Source of the DNA: a bacterium
GTDB taxonomy: Bacteria > Fidelibacterota > Marinisomatia > Marinisomatales > UBA1611
Direction: 5' to 3'
NCBI GenBank assembly: GCA_038127595.1
Contig: JAYPIC010000032.1
Span: forward strand, 1-19,326
Length of the DNA: 19,326 nucleotides
Shown here: positions 7,007-15,970 of the stretch, one piece after another
How positions within the stretch are numbered: position 1 is the stretch's first letter
Layout of the letters: every line of letters starts with the position of its first letter
Made by a program: the position numbers and the translations under genes
Notes under the pieces: model-generated
Seen by the model: the letters and a program-made list of their open reading frames with translations, nothing else
The model's database searches: none
What the model was told of the DNA's origin: nothing

Positions 7007-7666
7007 TTATTCAACTTTTTCCAACCACTCTAGCAAGTCATTTAAGCATTGATTTGAGATAGTATGACCCGTTTCATATTCATGATAGGTTGTCTCTAGC
7101 CCTAACTTTTTAAGGCTGAGATTTGTCATTCGTCCTAAATGTACTGGAACTTTATCATCATATATTGCACTGCATAAAAATAGATTTAATTTTTTTATTG
7201 CATTTTCATCAATTGTAAAATCGATTTTTTTAACATCAAAATATCCGCACAATGCCATGATACCTTTGAATGTGTTAGGGAATTTAAAACTAGTACTCAA
7301 TGCTAAGTCTGCGCCTTGACTAAAGCCTAGGATGAAAATATTATTCTTATCAAGATCAAGACTCTTTGAAAAAATTGAAATTGATTCATGTATTTTTTCA
7401 ATACTTTCTACTTTTTGTTGAGGTAATGGTAATTCGCGAAGATTAGTGAAATCTAATTCTGCCCATGCAAAGCCACCAAATGCAGTTGGTACTGGACCCT
7501 GAAGGCTAATAATCGTCCAGTTTTCAGAAAAAAACTGGTTAAGAGCAAACAAATCCAGCATGTTGCTCCCATATCCATGTAATAAAACTAATGCTGGAGA
7601 ATTTTTAGGGTTCACTGCTTTACGGATTTTATAATTTAGTGGAGTTTTAATTTCAGTGTTGTTCAT
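7007..7666 (-). CDS. Alpha/beta hydrolase, phospholipase/carboxylesterase family
   Basis: 'LLHGYGSN', nucleophile elbow GFSQG, Asp in 'DDKVP', His in 'GHTIS'. Confidence 0.9.
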   Translation of the reverse strand: MNNTEIKTPLNYKIRKAVNPKNSPALVLLHGYGSNMLDLFALNQFFSENWTIISLQGPVPTAFGGFAWAELDFTNLRELPLPQQKVESIEKIHESISIFSKSLDLDKNNIFILGFSQGADLALSTSFKFPNTFKGIMALCGYFDVKKIDFTIDENAIKKLNLFLCSAIYDDKVPVHLGRMTNLSLKKLGLETTYHEYETGHTISNQCLNDLLEWLEKVE

Positions 7667-7752
7667 ATTGTGTTCTTCGTGTTAGGATTTTTTCTTCATG
7701 CATCTAGCAGTATTTCATAAGTTTAATCGTTATTAAATCAACTATTATTCAA

Positions 7753-9537
7753 TTGAAATTTAATCATAGTTCCATACAATCGTTTGGTGAATTGATTCGT
7801 TATATTCGCCCTTGGAGAAACAAAGTACGTTTTGCTTCAATCTGTTCTATTTTGAACAAAGTTTTTGATATTGCTCCGGAGGTCTTGATTGGTGTTGCAG
7901 TTGATTTAGTAGTTGAGAAGGAGAATAGCTTTGTCGCATCACTTGGTTTCAGTTCCATTGAAAGCCAGGTCATCTTTCTAGGTGTAGTTACATTTATCAT
8001 ATGGGCGTTAGAATCAATGTTTGAATATATTTATTCAATACAGTGGCGTGGTTTAGCTCAGGTAGTAGAGCATGAGGTGAGAGTATCAGCATATGACCAT
8101 GCTCAACGGCTTGGTCTAAGTTGGCATGAAAATCAGTCTACAGGAAATATTACTGCTATTTTAAATGATGATGTAAACCAATTGGAAAGATTCTTAAACA
8201 ATGGAATGAATCAGATTATCCAAGTAATCGTATCAACTATTTGTATTGGTTTTATATTTTTTTATATATCGCCAATTATAGCCTCTATAGCTGTTTTGCC
8301 AGTTCCGATTATTTTTGCAGTAAGTTTTTTCTTTCAAAAAAAATTATCGCCCAGGTATAAGAAGGTCAGGGATAAGGTAGGGGCTCTTAATTCCTCTGTT
8401 TTTAATAATTTATTAGGTATTCAAACCATAAAAAGTTTCATGTCTTTTCATAATGAAAAGCAACGAGTAAGTGACCTAAGTCAAGATTATCAGAATGAAA
8501 ATGTAAAGGCAATAACAGTAAGTAGCGCATTCGTCCCTGTCATAAGGATGGGAGTATTAGCTGGTTTTTTAGGTACTATTTTAATTGGTAGTCACATGGC
8601 ATTAAGTGGAACATTAGCAGTTGGTTCTTACAGCGTATTAGTTTTCCTTACTCAAAGATTTCTATGGCCTTTTACAACTTTAGGTACATTGGTAGATGAT
8701 TTTGAAAGATCAATGGCATCAAGTAAGAGAATTTTTGATCTCTTAGAAACGAAAGAGCACATTGTTGAACAAGAAAAACCTGAAAGTATTGAGAATTTAA
8801 AAAAGGACATACATTTTGATAACATTACATTTAGTTATGATAAAAATTCTATTTTGTTTAAAGAATTCAATCTTAAAATAAAGTCTGGAACTGCCGTTGG
8901 AATTGTTGGCGATACAGGTTCAGGTAAAACAACACTCGCAAAATTATTACTAAGATTATATGATCCTGATCAAGGAAGAATTATGATTGGAGATCAGGAT
9001 ATTTCAAACCTATCAATTGAAAATTTACGAAATAGGATTGGAATAGTAAGCCAGGATACATTTCTGTTCAATGCATCAATAAGAGAAAATATTCGCTATG
9101 GGAATAAATTATGCTCAGATGAGGAAATTGTTTCAGCTGCAAAGCAAAGTCAATGCGATGAATTTATATCCTCTTTGAAAGATGGGTATGAGACTTTGAT
9201 AGGTGAGCGAGGTCAAAAATTATCTGGCGGACAAAGACAAAGGTTAGCCATTGCTAGAGCTATAGTCAGAGATCCAGACGTATTAATATTTGATGAGGCA
9301 ACTTCATCAGTTGATAACAGAACTGAAAGGTTAATTCAAAAATCATTTTTTGATCTAAAAAAGAATAGGACCATGATCATTATAGCTCATAGGCTCTCGA
9401 CAATAAGAAATTGCGATAATATTTTTGTCATTAAAGACTCAGCAGTTCATGAGTCAGGAACCCATGATCAGCTTATGAGCAGTTCAGACAGTTTTTATGC
9501 GGAATTGTGGAATATTCAAACTGGAAAGAAAATTTAA
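7753..9537 (+). CDS. ABC exporter, fused permease/ATP-binding protein (MdlB/MsbA-like)
   Basis: N-terminal TM domain; Walker A GDTGSGKT, signature LSGGQ, Walker B LIFDE, H-loop IAHRL. TTG start. Confidence 0.95.
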   Translation: MKFNHSSIQSFGELIRYIRPWRNKVRFASICSILNKVFDIAPEVLIGVAVDLVVEKENSFVASLGFSSIESQVIFLGVVTFIIWALESMFEYIYSIQWRGLAQVVEHEVRVSAYDHAQRLGLSWHENQSTGNITAILNDDVNQLERFLNNGMNQIIQVIVSTICIGFIFFYISPIIASIAVLPVPIIFAVSFFFQKKLSPRYKKVRDKVGALNSSVFNNLLGIQTIKSFMSFHNEKQRVSDLSQDYQNENVKAITVSSAFVPVIRMGVLAGFLGTILIGSHMALSGTLAVGSYSVLVFLTQRFLWPFTTLGTLVDDFERSMASSKRIFDLLETKEHIVEQEKPESIENLKKDIHFDNITFSYDKNSILFKEFNLKIKSGTAVGIVGDTGSGKTTLAKLLLRLYDPDQGRIMIGDQDISNLSIENLRNRIGIVSQDTFLFNASIRENIRYGNKLCSDEEIVSAAKQSQCDEFISSLKDGYETLIGERGQKLSGGQRQRLAIARAIVRDPDVLIFDEATSSVDNRTERLIQKSFFDLKKNRTMIIIAHRLSTIRNCDNIFVIKDSAVHESGTHDQLMSSSDSFYAELWNIQTGKKI

Positions 9538-10524
9538 ATGTTAGCTGCTTGGTATAAAAACTTTGGGACAGCAGAAAATGTATTAGAAACAGGTGAATTT
9601 GCTGAACCAAAGCCAGGAAAAGGAGAAGTAAAAATAAAAATATATTCATCAGGGGTGAACCCATCGGACACAAAGAAAAGAGCAGGTTCAAATCCTGATA
9701 TTTTAGATGATGGACCCATAATACCGCATAGCGATGGAGCAGGCGAAATAGTAGATGTAAGTGATGAAAAATTACGCCATAGGATTGGAGAAAATGTTTG
9801 GGTGTACGAATCTCAGCACAACCGAAGGCTTGGAACAGCGGCAGAATTTGTATGCTTGCCTTCTCACAATGCTGTAAGACTACCTGATAGAGTTAGTTAT
9901 GATACAGGTGCAATGCTGGGCATTCCTGCTATGACTGCTCATAGATGCGTTCATAATAGTGGAGATATTAAAGATCGTTATGTTTTAATTACAGGAGGAG
10001 CAGGTAGAGTAGGACATTACTGTATCCAATGGGCCAAAAAAGCTGGAGCAATTGTAATTGCTACATCTTCCAATAATGAAGGAGGGCAGGAATGTAAAAA
10101 TGCAGGAGCTGATATCATTGTTGGGCATCCATCGGAAACTTTTAAAGAAGAGATTTTAGATTTAACAAAAGGTCAAAAAATTGAAAAAATAATTGATGGT
10201 GATTTTGGGAAAAACATAAACTATTTATTAAGCGTAATTAAGCCAAATTCTAGCATATGTACTTACGCTTCCATGACCGAAAAGACGCCGGTCATTCCAT
10301 TTTATCAAATGATGAATTTAAATGTAAAAATGAAAATGGTTTTTGTTTATGATATGCCTAACAAAGCTAAGGAATCTGCAATATTAGATATAACAAAGGC
10401 TTTAAAAGAAAATGAATTACTAAATAGATTACATGAAAATTATAATTTGAAAGATATCAGTCAAGCTCATCAAAAAATTGAAAACTCAAAAACTACTTAC
10501 GGGGCAGTTATTGTAAACCCATAA
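9538..10524 (+). CDS. NADPH:quinone oxidoreductase (zeta-crystallin/MDR family)
   Basis: 'GVNPSDTK', 'PHSDGAG', 'GTAAEF', 'GIPAMTAH', 'VLITGGAGRVG'. Starts immediately after the ABC gene stop (TAA-ATG). Confidence 0.92.
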   Translation: MLAAWYKNFGTAENVLETGEFAEPKPGKGEVKIKIYSSGVNPSDTKKRAGSNPDILDDGPIIPHSDGAGEIVDVSDEKLRHRIGENVWVYESQHNRRLGTAAEFVCLPSHNAVRLPDRVSYDTGAMLGIPAMTAHRCVHNSGDIKDRYVLITGGAGRVGHYCIQWAKKAGAIVIATSSNNEGGQECKNAGADIIVGHPSETFKEEILDLTKGQKIEKIIDGDFGKNINYLLSVIKPNSSICTYASMTEKTPVIPFYQMMNLNVKMKMVFVYDMPNKAKESAILDITKALKENELLNRLHENYNLKDISQAHQKIENSKTTYGAVIVNP

Positions 10525-10530
10525 GTTATT

Positions 10531-11067
10531 TCAACTTAAGGTTTTTGTTTTTTTTACCATTCTAGAAATTGATTCTTCTGAATTGTACTCCAAGACATCA
10601 TCCAAGTGAATCCACTTTACATCATGAGACTCTTCACTAATAATAATGTCTTGTTCATTCGGATCTGCCTCTAACAAAAATCGAACATCATAATGTAAAT
10701 GCTCTGGTTCCTCATTCATTGGTTCAATCTTATGAATATCTAGATCAAAAATTTCCTCAATTAAAATAGAAAAATTGTTAAAGCCAGATTCTTCTTTTGC
10801 TTCTTTTAGTGCTACTGATTTTAGATCTTTTTCTCCGTCTGCATGACCGCCTAGTTGAAGCCACATATTCAGTTTTTTGTGATGGGTCATTAAAATTTTA
10901 TTTTTATCTGGGCTAATTACCCAAGCAGAACCTGTAAAATGACCTGGAAGATTATCTTTTTCAAAGCAACCATCATGATTATCTAAAAAGTTTAACATTT
11001 TTATGGCATTTACTTCATAAGGGTTTTTTTGAATATATATTTTTAACAGTTGTTTTAAGTTTTTCAT
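10531..11067 (-). CDS. NUDIX hydrolase
   Basis: 'GHFTGSAWV', 'HHKKLNMWLQLGGHADGE...ALKEAKEESG', 'HLHYDVRF'. Start moved to ATG 11067 (MKNLKQ) to avoid overlap with the upstream gene. Confidence 0.9.
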   Translation of the reverse strand: MKNLKQLLKIYIQKNPYEVNAIKMLNFLDNHDGCFEKDNLPGHFTGSAWVISPDKNKILMTHHKKLNMWLQLGGHADGEKDLKSVALKEAKEESGFNNFSILIEEIFDLDIHKIEPMNEEPEHLHYDVRFLLEADPNEQDIIISEESHDVKWIHLDDVLEYNSEESISRMVKKTKTLS

Positions 11068-11074
11068 AGCAGTG

Positions 11075-11842
11075 TTAAATAAATGTCTTATCGAACAGAG
11101 TAGCATCAAATATTAGTTTTATTGCTATTATGGTCAAAGATATCTTAAATATCATTTTAAATGTCCTTTCAGGTATATAGCCAAGTAGTTTTTTGCCAAG
11201 GTGAGTTCCTATATACACTGAAAGCATAAGTGGGATTAATAGTATTGCATGATTAAAATAATTCAATTCAAAAAAATACATGAACAATGGAATTTTCCCC
11301 AAATGGGTAATTATTTGGCATGCCGCTTTATTTGCTATAATATTTTCTTTTGTTAGTTTATCGTTTAAGAAAAATGGAGCAATTAAGGGTCCTACAGCTC
11401 CTATAAATATAGATGTCAAGCCTCCTAGTATGCCTACAGAAAAATAATTAAATAGTTTTGCTGACTGTTTTTTTCTTAGATATAAAAACCATAAAATGTA
11501 TGTACCGATCAATGGTTTAAGGTAATCGAAATTAATTTCATTAGCTGTTTCCACATCAAATGATTGAATTAGAAAAAAAACGATCAACCCAGAAAGTGAT
11601 AATCCTATTAGAGACCCATAAAAATAGTTAGATATTATATTTTTTTTGATTGCATCTTTGAAAATAAAAGCTCTGGTTCCGTTACCTATTAATTGGATCA
11701 TGCCATGCAAAGCAATGACAAGATAACCTTGTGGCATAAGAATTGCCATTAAGCCAAGAAGCACAATACCGCCACCCATTCCAATCATTGCTGAAAGTGT
11801 AGAAGTGAAAAGTGCAGCGGTTATAAGAATGAAGTTTTCCAT
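11075..11842 (-). CDS. Sulfite exporter TauE/SafE family membrane protein
   Basis: 'SAMIGMGGG' and repeated 'SIFIGAVGP', multiple TM helices, 'GTHLGKKL...F' C-terminus. Confidence 0.85.
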   Translation of the reverse strand: MENFILITAALFTSTLSAMIGMGGGIVLLGLMAILMPQGYLVIALHGMIQLIGNGTRAFIFKDAIKKNIISNYFYGSLIGLSLSGLIVFFLIQSFDVETANEINFDYLKPLIGTYILWFLYLRKKQSAKLFNYFSVGILGGLTSIFIGAVGPLIAPFFLNDKLTKENIIANKAACQIITHLGKIPLFMYFFELNYFNHAILLIPLMLSVYIGTHLGKKLLGYIPERTFKMIFKISLTIIAIKLIFDATLFDKTFI

Positions 11843-11878
11843 AATAATTTATAGAAAAGTTGAATATTTAGAATTCAA

Positions 11879-12145
11879 TTAGTAAACAAATAATCGTAGT
11901 GCAAATGATTCAGCCATATTTAAGGCAAGAAGTAGTATAAAAGGAGAAATGTCAATACCCATAGACGAAACAGGGATTAGTTCTCTTAAAGGTTTTAAAA
12001 GCGGTTCAGTTACAGTGTAAACTGTTCTGGTTATTTCGTTGTAAGGATTATGAGGAATCCAGCTTAAAATTACTCTGGCCCATACAAAAAGGTCGAGGAT
12101 TGCGAATATTCCTTTTACTACTTTAAGAGCAAATAAGGTATCCAT
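11879..12145 (-). CDS. yggT: YggT family membrane protein
   Basis: 'RVILSWI...NPYN...TEPLLKPLR..IP...GIDISP'. Confidence 0.92.
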   Translation of the reverse strand: MDTLFALKVVKGIFAILDLFVWARVILSWIPHNPYNEITRTVYTVTEPLLKPLRELIPVSSMGIDISPFILLLALNMAESFALRLFVY

Positions 12146-12189
12146 TTATAAGTTAGTTAGGTGTAAAAAATGTTAAAGAATTATTTTTA

Positions 12190-12999
12190 CTAGTCTTCGC
12201 CTAAACTAGGATTTAACATAGTTGGAAAATTGAGTCGAATATCATCGCTACCGACGCCATCAAACGGATCTTCGAGATCTTCTTGGATATTATCAAGAAT
12301 AGTTAGCACTAGACTGTAAATGACAGCCAATACAAGACCAAATTCCAATCCTTTTTCAATAGCAACATGAGCAAAAAACGGCCCAAATATTACAGGGAAT
12401 ATATTTAGAAAAACCTTTGTGTAAGCCCTCAATGAATTTGGGGTTCTATAATTTTTGATATTTATGATATTTTCAAGTTCTACTGCCATTAACCTTAAAT
12501 TTCTATGTCCCATTACATTTTCAGGGTCTAATACAAACGGTCTGAGTTTTTCATTCGAAAGAGATATATCTCCCAATAGGTTTATTATTTTATCATACGT
12601 TTCTGATTTCGGTTTTTTTGAGTGTAGGTAATCATACATATTTTTAAAAAGATTAGATATTATATTATCAATTCTATCTATATGCTCTTTTACATCTAGC
12701 TTCTCATTTTTTTTATTCTCTTTTTGCCCCTCGTTGACCCAATGCATGTGAGCATAACGTATTGATAAAGCGCAACCCTTAAAACTAGCATAGTGCTCAA
12801 GCGCTTTTTCTCTTCTATTATACGCAGCATGAATGGAAAAAACGATTGGGAAGACTATTGCTATGCTGATTAAATCAGTTGGAACACTAAAATGAAAACC
12901 AAGCTCTGTACATATGTAAGTAGTTGTACATGCTGCAATAATAACAATTAATGATTTAATGTTAATTACAGAAAAAAAATCTCTTAATACTTTAGACAT
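12190..12999 (-). CDS. Bestrophin-like ion channel family protein
   Basis: Four TM segments; 'VFSIHAAYNRR' and C-terminal 'EDLEDPFDGVGSDDI' match the bestrophin E-x-P-F-x-x-D-D pattern. ATG 12999 preferred over the TTG at 13095, which lies in the AT-rich divergent spacer. Confidence 0.65.
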   Translation of the reverse strand: MSKVLRDFFSVINIKSLIVIIAACTTTYICTELGFHFSVPTDLISIAIVFPIVFSIHAAYNRREKALEHYASFKGCALSIRYAHMHWVNEGQKENKKNEKLDVKEHIDRIDNIISNLFKNMYDYLHSKKPKSETYDKIINLLGDISLSNEKLRPFVLDPENVMGHRNLRLMAVELENIINIKNYRTPNSLRAYTKVFLNIFPVIFGPFFAHVAIEKGLEFGLVLAVIYSLVLTILDNIQEDLEDPFDGVGSDDIRLNFPTMLNPSLGED

Positions 13000-13121
13000 C
13001 CTATAAATTATTTTAAATTTTAAAGAATTCCAAAAAACATTCTTAAAGCTTCTAAATGATAAATTTTTTAAATATTTTTTAAGATAATTCAACAATTAAT
13101 AAATAAATAAAAAGTGATTAA

Positions 13122-14873
13122 ATGAATAATAAAAGCAAAGCCCTTTTTTTAATTTTGGCAATATTAAGTTTTTTTCCTACTGCTACCTTAGCATTATCTC
13201 CAGCAGCCTCAAGTGGTAAGGAAATTTCTGTGTTTTTAATGATAACAAGTTTATTTGGTGGCCTAGGCATGTTCCTATATGGTATGGAAATGATGAGCGA
13301 TGGAATGAAAGTTGCGGCTGGTAATAAAATGCGATCAATTCTGGAAAAGCTTACGTCAAATCGTCTTCTAGCTGTGGGCGTAGGCGCGTTTGTAACCATG
13401 GTCATTCAGAGTAGTAGCGCTACAACTGTTATGCTTGTGAGCTTTGTAAATTCAGGTTTGTTGACTTTTATCCAGGGTCTAGGAGTTATTCTAGGTTCAA
13501 ATATTGGGAGTACTATTACTGCTCAAATTGTTGCTTTTAAAGTTACTGATTATGCACTAGCTCTAGTGGCCGCAGGCGCGTTAATGGCGCTATTTTCCAA
13601 AAAGGATTCAACAAAAAATATAGGCTTTGTCATCCTTGGTTTTGGATTACTCTTTTATGGTATGAAAGTAATGTCAGACACCATGAAACCACTTCGGTCT
13701 AATCCTGCTTTTAATGATATACTCATTAGTTTGGAAAACCCTTTTATGGGAATTCTTGCGGGTGCTGTATTTACAGCATTAATTCAGAGTAGTAGTGCCA
13801 CTACTGGTATTGTTATCACACTTGCTAGTGGGGGATCAATTACATTAGAGGCTGGAATTCCATTGATTTTTGGAGCAAATGTTGGTACGTGTATTACAGC
13901 TTTATTAGCAGGACTAAATGCATCTAAAGAAGCAAAAAGAGTAGCTATTGCTCATGTAACCTTTAATTTAACTGGTGTTTTATTATTTTGTTTTTGGATT
14001 CCAACATTTTCGGAATTTATTTCAAAAACATCAAATGATATCCCTAGGCAGATTGCAAATGCTCATACTATTTTTAATATTTTAGCAACAGTGGTATTCA
14101 TTCCATTTACTCCTTTGGTTGGTAGGCTTATAATAAAATATTTTCCTGATGAGAAAAAAGATAGAGACATTACCAAGCCTGCAGTAATGCATTTGAATGA
14201 CGATGTGTTAGATACTCCTACAGTAGCTATATCTAATGCTCAAGCGGAAATAAGAGGTGTTATAGGTCTATTAGAAAGAGTAGTTGGTTCTGTAGCAAAA
14301 CCATTTATTTCTGAAGAATCACTGAAAGATATTGAAGATGAGAATGAAGATTTTGAATCAGGATTGCAGAATCGAATGAAAAAGATAGAATTTTTGAATG
14401 ATGAAATCTCGTCATATTTAGTAAAAATCAATAATCAAGATTTAACCAAAAATCAGTCAGCAGAGATCTTTAACCTAGTTTCAATAATAAATAACATTAA
14501 TTCAATTAAATCTAGTGTTGATTTAAGATTACATGATTTGATAATAAAAAAAGATCAGCTAGAAAGTGGAATGTCAGATGTTCTAGCTACTGAAATCGAG
14601 TCATATCATACAAAGCTTGTTAAGCAAATAAAACGATTAGGCAAATTTTTTGACAAATATGATCAAAATAAAATTGATAAAATTTTAACAAAAAGTAAGA
14701 AATACAAAGACCTTGAAGAAAAATATAGAGTGGAGCATATTAAACGCTCTAATGCTGGCGAAGGTAGTGATAAACAGCAACTTATTTACAGAGATCTTAT
14801 GGATATGCTAAAAGAGATAAGTATATTTATAGATTTGATTGTAGAGAGGCTCAGCTCACTAGAGAATAATTAG
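13122..14873 (+). CDS. Na+/phosphate cotransporter (NptA/YjbB family) with a C-terminal PhoU-like helical region
   Basis: 'GGLGMFLYGM', two QSSS motifs, 'GSNIGST' and 'GANVGTC', 'IANAHTIFN'. Confidence 0.93.
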   Translation: MNNKSKALFLILAILSFFPTATLALSPAASSGKEISVFLMITSLFGGLGMFLYGMEMMSDGMKVAAGNKMRSILEKLTSNRLLAVGVGAFVTMVIQSSSATTVMLVSFVNSGLLTFIQGLGVILGSNIGSTITAQIVAFKVTDYALALVAAGALMALFSKKDSTKNIGFVILGFGLLFYGMKVMSDTMKPLRSNPAFNDILISLENPFMGILAGAVFTALIQSSSATTGIVITLASGGSITLEAGIPLIFGANVGTCITALLAGLNASKEAKRVAIAHVTFNLTGVLLFCFWIPTFSEFISKTSNDIPRQIANAHTIFNILATVVFIPFTPLVGRLIIKYFPDEKKDRDITKPAVMHLNDDVLDTPTVAISNAQAEIRGVIGLLERVVGSVAKPFISEESLKDIEDENEDFESGLQNRMKKIEFLNDEISSYLVKINNQDLTKNQSAEIFNLVSIINNINSIKSSVDLRLHDLIIKKDQLESGMSDVLATEIESYHTKLVKQIKRLGKFFDKYDQNKIDKILTKSKKYKDLEEKYRVEHIKRSNAGEGSDKQQLIYRDLMDMLKEISIFIDLIVERLSSLENN

Positions 14874-14910
14874 TGAATGTTTTTTAAGTTTTCTTAATTT
14901 AATTTCATCT

Positions 14911-15963
14911 ATGTCCGAAGAATCGCACAACAGTCAAAGTCATGTACAACAGGTTATATTCAACTTAGCAGCATTTTCTATTGTTGTTGCTGGGATGAAA
15001 TTAGCGAGTGAAATTTTAATACCCTTTTTATTGGCTATATTTATTTCAGTTATTGCGAACCCGCTCGTTACAAAATTGAGAAACAAAGGTCTACCTATAT
15101 TAGGAGCAATATTAGTTGTCATTTTAGGCATTGTTTCAATTGGTATCGCGATAGCTTCTCTCTTAGGAACTTCTCTTAGTGACTTTAGACAAAATTTACC
15201 GCAGTATAAAGAAATGGTAAATAATTCGGCTGAGAAATTTTTTGATTTTTTTCAGCAACTAGGTCTGCAAATATCAAGCAGTGCCATCATCGAACAGTTT
15301 GATCCAGGCGCTGCAATGTCATTTACCACATCAATTCTTTCCGGGTTTGGTGGCGCTTTAAGTAGCGGATTATTGATCCTACTTATGGTCGTTTTTATGC
15401 TTCTGGAGGCTACGATTTTTCGGTACAAAATAAGAAATATTTTTGGTAGTCATAGCGATGGAGCTAGTCAGGTCGACTCATTTTCTGATACTGTGAACAG
15501 ATATATGCTCATCAAAACGGGTACAAGTTTAGCCACGGGTTTAATTGCTACTATATGGTTGCTAATACTAGATGTTGACTATCCGTTATTGTGGGGATTT
15601 TTAACATTTTTGTTTAACTATGTGCCCACTGTTGGTTCAATCATTGCAGCCGTGCCTCCTGCTTTATTAGCGCTTATCCAATTTGGATTTTTAACCTCCT
15701 TTTTATCTGCAGCTGGCTATCTTGTGATAAATATTACTATCGGTAGTATTTTAGAGCCCAGAATTCTTGGTCATGGGTTAGGTCTTTCAACATTGGTCGT
15801 TTTTCTATCGTTATTATTTTGGGGTTGGGTTTTTGGCCCTGTTGGAATGGTCTTATCTGTACCTCTTACAATGACAATCAAAATTGCGCTCTCAAACTCA
15901 AAGAGTGGTAAGTGGGTTAGCACCTTAATGGACGCTCCCATGACATTTAATACTGAAAAATAA
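14911..15963 (+). CDS. AI-2E family transporter (YhhT/TqsA-like)
   Basis: 'PFLLAIFI', 'RYMLIKT', 'FNYVPTVGSIIA', 'LEPRILG..LGLS', 'FWGWVFGPVGM.LSVPLT'. Confidence 0.92.
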   Translation: MSEESHNSQSHVQQVIFNLAAFSIVVAGMKLASEILIPFLLAIFISVIANPLVTKLRNKGLPILGAILVVILGIVSIGIAIASLLGTSLSDFRQNLPQYKEMVNNSAEKFFDFFQQLGLQISSSAIIEQFDPGAAMSFTTSILSGFGGALSSGLLILLMVVFMLLEATIFRYKIRNIFGSHSDGASQVDSFSDTVNRYMLIKTGTSLATGLIATIWLLILDVDYPLLWGFLTFLFNYVPTVGSIIAAVPPALLALIQFGFLTSFLSAAGYLVINITIGSILEPRILGHGLGLSTLVVFLSLLFWGWVFGPVGMVLSVPLTMTIKIALSNSKSGKWVSTLMDAPMTFNTEK

Positions 15964-15970
15964 ATTTACC

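Noticed and set aside
11068..11109. ORF-track start for the Nudix gene at 11109
   Set aside because: It overlaps the TauE-like gene by 35 nt; ATG 11067 gives a clean 7-nt gap.
13000..13121. N-terminal extension of the bestrophin-like ORF to 13095, or a Pho box before the Na/Pi gene
   Set aside because: The extension is low-complexity K/N/F sequence from the AT-rich spacer, and no 11-bp-period GTCAT-type direct repeats are visible.
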